DNA from: Paramecium tetraurelia
Lineage: Eukaryota
Length of the DNA: 64,000 nucleotides
Assembly (NCBI GenBank): GCA_000165425.1
Contig: CT868241.1
Span: 434,001 to 498,000 of the forward strand
Direction of reading: 5' to 3'
Of the stretch, positions 52,676 to 64,000 are shown in pieces. A program made the position numbers and the translations under genes. Below the pieces are notes generated by a model. That model worked only from the letters and a program-made list of their open reading frames with translations. It did no database searches and was not told the origin of the DNA. The first letter of the stretch is position 1. Each line of letters opens with the position of its first letter.

Positions 52676-54305
52676 TCACAACTTTTACAATTATCTCCAT
52701 TTGCTGGTTATCCTTTCCAATATCTTCCTCCAATCATCCTTTTATTGTTTTTCTGCCAATATTTACTAAACTTCAATTTCTGTAATTTTAACAATATTTT
52801 TATGAATAATTTATTAATCTAATAACAATTCAATTGCTATTAGTGAAGCATAACTATTAAATTATTTACAAAATAATACTGAGTATCTTCAGCAGCCTTC
52901 TTTTTTAAATCATCAAAACTATCTCCAATAATTTTAATGATCTTATTAGTTAAGTTTTCCTCTAATTTATTTCTTTCAACATCATTGACCTCTGCATCGC
53001 ATTGACTTTGATCTTTCAAAAAAGCATCCTTGCAATTCGTGAAAAAGATCTTATAATATTCTTATTCATTTTTTGTATAATTCAATATATTCCATTTGGT
53101 TCCCTTAATCAACATATCCTCTCCAGAATCACAAGTTTCTTCAATCAATTACACCAATAGATAACTATAAGCCAACACAAGTCTTGATAATAGGAGAATG
53201 CATTCTTCAATTGATTAATCTGTCCTAAATATTCTTTTCAATTAATCTAATTTTTGATATAATTCTAAATTAACAAAATGACGAAAACCAATATCCTACT
53301 TCATTTACTACAAAAAGACCAATTATTTACACAATTGATCTCCTGTCATTTTTTATGATTACTTTTACATCCAACTAATGTTTTAGTCATTGTACAATTT
53401 CTGTAAGGTTGGATTATTAGAAACCAAGCCTTTTTCCATGCTTTCAAACATCTAAAAGACTTGATCCCATTAAATCCTTTCAGATTCTTCCACAATTAAT
53501 GCTTTGGTCAAAAATTCCCTTGTGAAATCTGTAATGCCATTATGCTTAAAGACCAAAGGCTTCATTAAAATGTTTTTTAATAAATCTTATTCGTCTCTTC
53601 CTTTCCAGGGAACATCGTGGAACACCATTTCGTAAAAGATGACTCCGATGGACCAGATATCACATTTTGTTGAATAGGTTTTCCTTTATAGAATTTAGGG
53701 AGCCATGTACAAAGGAGATCCAACACACGATCTAAGTAATTAGGATGTATAATTATCAACGTATTTTGCAAATCCGAAATCTAAAAGTGCATCTAATTAA
53801 ATTGATACCTGCTATCTTCACAATACCTTCGTGATTGAGGATGTTGGCAGGTTTTAAATCCCTGTGAATTACTCCTTACTTAACCAGTTCTTTGAATCCA
53901 TTTATGATTTATAACATAATTCCTTAAGTCTATTGAAATAGTGGATAAATATAGTGATACTTCTTATTCAGATATTCTTTTCTTTTAGATGAACTCTTTT
54001 AAATCCCCATCCTTGCATAGCTCTGTAATTATATATAAAGATCTTTGAGTTGTAATGAGATCAATAAATCGCACAATATTAGGATGATTGAATTTCTTGA
54101 GGATCTCAATTTCACTGACTATTTGATTCCTTAAATAGGTATCTCTTTCAAAAAGGGCCAAATCCATTTTCTTGATAGCAACAATTTCATTCGTCTTGAT
54201 ATCCGTTCCTTAGAACACTTTGCCATAGGCTCCTTCTCCCAAGCAGTGTCTCTCATTATATTAGTACTGGCCGATCTGTTTAACACTCCTATTCAATTGA
54301 CTCAT
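52676..54305 (-). CDS. Ser/Thr protein kinase (ULK/ATG1-like ciliate family) with helical C-terminus
   Basis: It reads LGEGAYGKV, VAIKK, HRDLKPANIL, A|DFGFAK, GSPLYMAPQIL and KCDIWSIG. Confidence 0.88.
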
Positions 54306-54589
54306 AATAGGGATATAATAACAATATTTATAATATAAAATATATAATGGAAATTGAATATGTGTATTAACTGTGTGTGTACGAATAGGGAATCAGATTG
54401 AATGTGAGTCTGGTGATGGTGTGTATGCAAATTTGCACATAAATATCAGCATCCTTATCCGTTTTAATAAAATAATATTATAAATCTTGAATCATATGGT
54501 AATATATCGTGTTTATTTATGACGGATTACTATTAATTTAAATTGAGAATTGTTAGTAAAGATAAGCATAAATATTTTTACAAAATATT

Positions 54590-55692
54590 ATGAACAATAT
54601 CGATTAATTCTTCATTTCTCATATATAAAAGTTTGTTCCATCTTGGAGCCATCTTTAATGTGACGACTTGAGAATTACGAAGACTATAGGAATAACAAAT
54701 AAGACATATATTATTGAAGCAGATGCTACTCCAAGCAAAATAATCTTTCGTCATTTTGGTGAGGTCGGAGTTGGATTATTTTTGAATAGAGAATAAGAAT
54801 TACACATTGCAAGATAAGTTGCTAAATGTAAAATGGGGCCACATTTTTATGGTCACACTTCACATGTAACTTCTACTTTAATAATAAAAGGTTCGTTTGG
54901 AAGAATATATAGAAAATGAGGTCATGAGTCAGGAATCAATGAAAGACCCCGACACCTACACTTTGGTGGCTTAGACCTTGTGCAAGTTTCATCAGATCGA
55001 TGTATCTAGTCAAATGAATGACAGAACACCGTTGTTTGAAAAGCACTTGCAAGAAAATTCAGACTTCTTATCGTAAGTAAGGGAGAAAGTTTGTTCGAGT
55101 CTCTTCTCTGAAGATGAAAGATCCATTCTATCTAACATGGCCCATTGGTTCTCAGAGGAGGAAGTCAAGTTTTTATAGTCAGTTTTACCAAAAGATGATA
55201 TTGTATTTTCCCATAACGATCTATTGGCGAACAACATCTTATTGATTCCACCTGTAATTATCATTTTTTATCATCAATTAGAACTTCGATAAGGTTGTGT
55301 TCATCGATTTTGAGTATTCTTCCTATAATTTCAGAGGATTTGACATAGCTAACTATTTCAATGAATCACAATTTAGTTATCTAAACCCAAATCCACCTTA
55401 CTTTTATATAGAAGAAGGAATGATTGACGAGGAGATCTTGAAGGACTTTGTCAAAGTCTATATCGAAAAGTCAGGATTGGACTTAGACTATCAAACTTTA
55501 CTACACCAAGTCTACATTGGATAGCTATTCTCACACTTCTTTTGGGCGTAATGAATTCATTCTATAAATTATAGAGCATGGGGAATCATTATGGCAAAAT
55601 CAAATGATATTGTATTTGATTATCTTGCTTTTGTAGAAGTTAGATATCACAAATATTACTAACTAAAGAAGCATCTTTTTGGAAAAAAATGA
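54590..55692 (+). CDS. Choline/ethanolamine kinase
   Basis: It reads LLGITNKTY, the Brenner motif FSHNDLLANNIL, FIDFEYSSYNFRGFDIANYFNE and SHFFWA. Confidence 0.92.
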
Positions 55693-55719
55693 TCAAATAA
55701 TAAAAGTTTTATAAATATA

Positions 55720-56910
55720 TTATTCAATAGTCTATTTAAACTTGTTCGATATATACAATTGTTCTGGAAAAATTAATTAATTTAATTTTCAAAAAACGAA
55801 ATATTTAATAAACTAATAGATGTCCTTAACATTATTTTCCATAGACTTACAGAATATGAAATATATTGTTTGGCATCAAATTAGCAAGATTGGAAAGTTT
55901 TGCAATGTCTGAGATAATAAATGATCTATTCTTATTTTTTAAGATATACTATTCCAATAAAGAATAACTTTATAACTGAGAATAACAAATCTAACTACTT
56001 TGGGGATTTAATTACTACCTCATTTATAGAAATAGGTCTAGAATTAATTTCTATCAATAGTTTATTAAATATTTATTTTATAAATATCAAGTGATGTTTT
56101 TAGAATTATTAATACCAAAAGAAGAGAGCTCTACGGCTTTGCAAAGATGATAACTAAATGGGCCTATTCAAATTAGCAATTCTCTTATATTAATAATACC
56201 CAATCTCTATTTAATTATAATTATTGGGATGATGCCAGAATTTCCTATTCTTCGTTCTTTCTATTGAAGAATTGAAATGAATCCAAATTATAGTAATTCA
56301 TTTTCTAATCCGATTTTAAGCTTCTTAAAACCTTTTGCTTTTCCGGATTGTAATTTTGCACTTTCAATAACATTCATAAAGAATTTAATGGTTATCTGAT
56401 AACAAGAAAAAAGTTGATACCAAAGTTAAGGCTACAAACTTATACTAGAGTTAACACTTTAGAAATTTTCGTTAACGGCAAATGTGGGAATGGTAGTATC
56501 AACTACAATTGAAACACAATTTTAATGATCCTCTATTTCATCGTGCATTATTAGGATATTACCTATTTCCTTAATTTTTCTTCCTATTTCTTCGACATAA
56601 TTTAAGAACTGATCATCCATTATGAATCTTCAAAAGAGGCAAATTAAATTTCATTATTCAAACTCCTTTTTGAAATTTAATCCAGCTCCCATCATTAAAT
56701 GTGATCTCGATAATTCGATTTTGTTGATAATGTGATTATGAGGCCCTGAATCTGCTAATTTGTCAAGATCGAAATTCGAAAAACCAAAATACGGTTAATA
56801 TTTTTCCCTTATTTTCATGCCAGAGCACATAAGGTTTAGCCGTTTAGTCCACAATCATATTCTTCAAGTGAATATGTTGTCATCATAAAGATGATTTTAA
56901 TAATTAGCAT
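55720..56910 (-). pseudogene. Probable decayed gene (interrupted frames)
   Basis: Coding-like stretches (e.g. MDDQFLNYVEEIG.. from 56620) are broken by TGA stops and frame changes without convincing introns. Confidence 0.3.
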
Positions 56911-56979
56911 TTTTATGATAATTTTATATTTTAATATTCGAACTGAGTAGTATTTTGTAATTAAGTTTTAAATTAAAAA

Positions 56980-57543
56980 ATGGACTAAATATCAGAAGAA
57001 GCTATCAAAGCAATGCCAAAGAAACCATAGAATGGTTACATGCTATTCAGGGCAGATACATATGATGACCTTAGGAAAAAGAACCAAGATAAAAGTATGA
57101 CTGAATTGACTTCAATGATATCATCTTTATGGGGATAGATGGATGAGAAGAAGAAGGATGTATTTATTAATTAAGAACCTTTTTATTAGAAATACAACAA
57201 GGATTATGATAAGGCTATGGATTAGTATAAGAGTGATTATGCTGGATGGTTGAAGAAGTTCAAGTTGGATGATGATAAAGTAAAGAAGTTTTTTAAGGAC
57301 AATAAACAAGCTAAAAAGAAGAATAAGAAGGGTTCCAATAAAGATACCAAGACTTCGAAACATGATGATGAAAGTGATGAAGAAGATGAACAGAAAATTT
57401 AGTCCTTAAAAAATAAGAACTAAAAGAAATAGTAGGAATAGAATGTTTAGAATGCTAAACAGAATACTAAGGAATAATAGAAACAGAAGCCTGTTGTTCC
57501 TTAATAGAAGGAAAAGGAAAAGAAGGACAACAAAAAAAAGTGA
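56980..57543 (+). CDS. HMG-box protein with charged/Gln-rich tail
   Basis: It reads PKKPQNGYMLFRAD..KKNQDKSMTELTSMISSLWGQMDEKKKD|KYNKDYDKAMDQY. Confidence 0.88.
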
Positions 57544-57580
57544 TTAATTAAAATAAATTATAATTAAATAATACCAATTT

Positions 57581-58507
57581 ATGCTTTAAATATAACAACT
57601 TTGTGAAGACTCTGGTTTGTCATGTGGAAGAGGGATTTTCATTGGAATTTATGCAGGCTTAATTTTTTGCATTTCAATCTATTGTTTAATAAAACTTTAT
57701 GGATTTATGGGCAGAATATCCTATGATTTGATTCCTTTGACAACATGCGCAATTTAATCTTCTCTGCATTTTATTAATGACATCTTTTTGGTAACTAATT
57801 CCCTATAAATCGTTATAATTTACTTTTGTTTACAGACTTTCATATTGATATCGCAAAGCTTTTTCCATTTATACTACAAAATGACGTACTCTAAAGAAGA
57901 ATTTTAAGAATATCGATTAAAATAAAAGTACAGTTTGATAACATTTTACATCCTTTTTACTTCAATAATCATCTTTTACTTGATTTAAATCGATGATAGT
58001 AATTGCTCAGCCTATTTTGATGTTGGATTAGCTCTATAGTTTATAATTATTTTATTTAGTGTTGTTATATCAATATTATATGGCTAGAAATTAAAACAAG
58101 AGATGAATAAGCATGAATAAACGAATGTAACAAAAATAGCAAATTATTAAACAACAGCTGTGTAGATAGTATTGACTACTTCTGCAATTTTGGAATTTAT
58201 TATGTCAATATTATCGCTTACAACTTTTAAGGATTTGTTCTGTAATTTACCATTAAATAATTTAAATGATCTTGATAATAATGAAGGATTCACATCAGGA
58301 GAGAATGTGTATTTAACTTTTTTCTCATTGATAGAAATGACTCCTTGCATTTTAGTACCAATTATTTTTTATTATTTGCCATAAATCCCATAATAATAAA
58401 ATCAACAACATGAGTTTAACCTAAATGATTCCTTAATATAGCAATCTGCCAGATAATCAATGGATTTTAGTAATTTAATAAATATGTCAATTGAATTGAA
58501 ATAATGA
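57581..58507 (+). CDS. Seven-TM-like membrane protein (THH1/TOM1/GPR137-like)
   Basis: About seven hydrophobic segments, the last YLTFFSLIEMTPCILVPIIFY. Family assigned by resemblance only. Confidence 0.6.
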
Positions 58508-58567
58508 ATAATATAAAAGCACTTTAAATTTAATACTATAATAAGAGTTTTTTGTGTATAACAAAGA

Positions 58568-58579
58568 AATTGGCGCAAT
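58568..58579 (+). promoter_or_regulatory. E2F-like element upstream of MCM4
   Basis: AATTGGCGCAAT contains ATTGGCGC (WTTSSCSS consensus) about 25 nt before the MCM4 ATG in an otherwise AT-rich spacer. Confidence 0.5.
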
Positions 58580-58601
58580 ATAATTATATAATTAATTAAA
58601 A

Positions 58602-61062
<2,461 letters not shown>

Positions 61063-61108
61063 TTTTTATTATGTAATTTTATATAATATTATATTTTTTA
61101 TTTAACAG

Positions 61109-62398
61109 ATGGACTCCCCTTTGAAAGATATGACTGGAACGATCGTAAACAAGTACTATTGATATTAAATTAGGCAATATAAACTCATCAAGAAATTAGG
61201 AGCGGGTGCTTTTGGAGAAATTTATTCTTCGTAATCAAATGGATTAGAGTATGCAATCAAAATAGAGAAATCTGATTCAAAACATCCTTAATTAGAATTC
61301 GAATCAAAACTATATCACTATTTGAATAATCATAATGGATAGGGAATTCCTAAATATTATGGTTATTATTAGCAAGATGGTTATAACTTTCTAGTTATGG
61401 AATTACTTGGCTAATCCCTAGAAGATATCTTTTCCGAAAACAACCGCATTTTTACTTTGTAAACAGTTTGTGTCTTGGGAATTCAAATGTTGGAATGCAT
61501 AGAATTCTTACATAGCAAATAATTCATTCACAGAGACATTAAACCAGATAACTTTTTAATGGGAAAGGCCTAAAAAGATAGAGTGTATCTGGTTGATTAT
61601 GGATTAGCCAAGAGGTATATTTCAAAAGATCTCCACATTCCTTATAAAGATAACAAAGCATTGACAGGTACAGCCAGATATGCCTCTATCAATACACATC
61701 TCGGAATAGAATAATCTAGAAGAGATGATCTAGAGGCTCTTGCCTATGTTCTGATGTATTTTTTAAGAGGATCCCTGCCATGGTAAAATCTAAGGGCAAA
61801 TAATTAAAAAGAAAAATACGATAGAATCATGGAAAAGAAGTTAGCCACATCATCCGAAACTTTATGTAAAAATTACCCATAATAATTATTATAATTCGTT
61901 GATTACACTAAGAATTTAAAATTCGATGAGAAACCAGATTATTAATTCATTAAAAATCTCTTCATTTCAATTATGCAAGAAAATGAATTAAGAATGGAAT
62001 ATATATATGATTGGGATGATGAAGATACATAAAGAGATAAAATCTAAATTAGAAACGATGAGAAGAACGATTTACTAAAAACAAACAAATAAAGTAGCAA
62101 TACTTAATAAAGAGTGAATAAATATTAAGAAAATAAAAATTTAAATAGCAATAGCATTTATATGAGAAATTGTAGCAATATTAATAACAAATACAGTATT
62201 GGAAGGACGAAAACCAATTCTATTGGATCAATAAATAAAGTAGTTGTTACTAAAACAAAATAGATTACTAACAATACAATTAATAGTTTAACTAATCAAA
62301 ATACTTTGCCAAATAATAATAATAATAATTATAGTAAATTACATCAAAATTTAGCAAAATAAATAATAAAGAAGCATTCTAGTTTACATTACTAATGA
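61109..62398 (+). CDS. Casein kinase 1 family kinase with N/Q-rich tail
   Basis: It reads [65 protein letters not shown] and LPWQ. Confidence 0.93.
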
Positions 62399-62669
62399 TT
62401 AAATTAACTTGAATTACAACTATCTTTTATATAAAAGTTTGTTAATTATTTCATTCCATCTGAAATTCTGCAAAAGTTTAGTTATTTAACTGTTGTTGAC
62501 AATAAATTAAATATAAATTTATTTCTGATTAATCAAATTAACATATGGAATTTATACTATTTAAATTATAAAGTATAATAATTAAGATCTATAAATTTTG
62601 AAAAACGATACCATATAAAAATAAATTAAACAATACATATAATTAACTTAATACGTAAAATAATTTTTC

Positions 62670-64000
62670 ATGTTTCGGAGTATCCTTGTAATGATTTAAT
62701 CTCTCTTATAGTAAATTGTTAAATACTTACAAACCTTAAATTATTATAAATAAATAAACTTTTTAAGAACAGTCCAATAAACTATGCAGAATTAGCTACA
62801 ACAACTAGATGTTCCAAGAGGATAATCTTTTACATTTGATTCTAATCGACCATTTATTTATTACTATTCAGTTGCCAAACCCTTACCTGATAATATAGTT
62901 GATGACTTAGTCATTTGTTGTTAAATAAGAACTTATCTAATAAAATAGTTGCCTAAGGTTTGGTTTTTAATGGCTAGTACAACAGCTCACATTTTAATAG
63001 AAAAACAGCAAAAGTTTGTCACTCCAAATTTTATTTTAGACATATTTATTTATAGTTGGCTATCAGATGGGATGGCAAACTTAAAAAAGGAATTGATGAA
63101 TAGATTAAGCAAATTGATAGTTGAAAATGAGAAATTAGAAAGACTCATTGATATTTTTACATAAGAAATGGTCTCAATTTAAGAAGAGTTTTCAAAATTT
63201 CATAAGTCAGAATACCTTCTCAATTATAATGATAGTTGTGTACAGCCATTAATAGTATTTCGAGAAAAAGGAAAAAATGAGAACTAATCCCTAATCAAGC
63301 GAATTGATGAATTAAATATTGATGACGATAGTAGAGATTCAACTTTATCATCATCATAAATCTCTTAAACAATTACCAACAAAGATATTGACCGTAGCAA
63401 ATCAGATGTTAGAGAAGTTACGGCAACACTCCAAAATAATAAGATGAGAAAATTTACAAAACAGATGGAAAAAATGACACAAAATGTTTTTACCGAATTA
63501 ATCAAGTATAATTCCCAAGATCAATAATGGCAAATAGCTAGACAATTTGTTGTTATTATTTTAGAAACTAGCGTTTAGTCTGATCATTATTTAAAAACTA
63601 TGGAAAAAGTTAGATTCATATAACCTGCTTTGCTGTTTTATAAAAAAGCTCTACAGGTTTGGATTCTGGCCAAATTTTCAGCTTAATAATCTCATTAAAC
63701 AACGAAAAATTCTTAAGAAAATAAAGTAATGAATTAAAATTATTATAGATGATATTCAGTTAATTTTTATGCAAAGCAAAAAGCTTTATGGGGAAGTATT
63801 GGAATGAAAAATTAGTCATCCCCTTGCATACAGTATTTCAAATTGCAGAATAAACCTACCCAGAGGTTTCAGTTGAAAAAAACGTTGCCGAAGTATGCAT
63901 ATTTCTTATGTTAGCAAATGAAAAAATTTTCTATTTTATTAAAAGAAAAACTTGTAGCATTATGGGACTAAAATCTTTCTCAATGCACGAAATAGCTTAT
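62670..64000 (+). CDS. Hypothetical helical protein, 3'-truncated by the window edge
   Basis: MFRSIL|QIVKYLQ.. is in frame with ORF 62949-63164 and stays open towards the window end. Confidence 0.65.

Noticed and set aside
55720..56910. Selenoprotein or TGA read-through gene, or aspartyl protease
   Set aside because: The TGAs fall in different frames, no SECIS was seen and there is no DTG/DSG motif. It is more consistent with decay.

Overview
This is a very AT-rich, gene-dense piece of eukaryotic DNA that reads as ciliate macronuclear sequence, most likely Paramecium. TAA and TAG occur in frame as Gln, TGA is the only stop, introns are tiny (about 20-32 nt, GT...AG) and most intergenic spacers are under 200 bp. 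The supplied standard-code ORF track is therefore fragmented, and all genes below were re-read by eye with the ciliate code, so coordinates include introns and a few starts are uncertain. About 40 protein genes can be read. Recognisable ones include MMS19, a roadblock/LC7 dynein light chain, RABL2, TCTP, a BT1 folate/biopterin transporter, SmG, an ABCA transporter, choline/ethanolamine kinase, an HMG-box protein, MCM4, CK1 and other kinases. The most unusual feature is a tandem pair of membrane hybrid histidine-kinase genes that have both lost the phospho-His, N-box Asn, G boxes and receiver Asp while sharing a conserved Ser/Arg-rich linker. Also notable are an Alba/Rpp25-domain protein with a ~70-unit (Asp-Asn-Arg) tail, a MYND-finger/Aurora-like kinase fusion, an ABCA lacking both large extracellular domains, an E2F-like site before MCM4, and several hairpin-forming intergenic elements. 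No rRNA, tRNA, CRISPR array, telomeric repeat or transposon was recognised.
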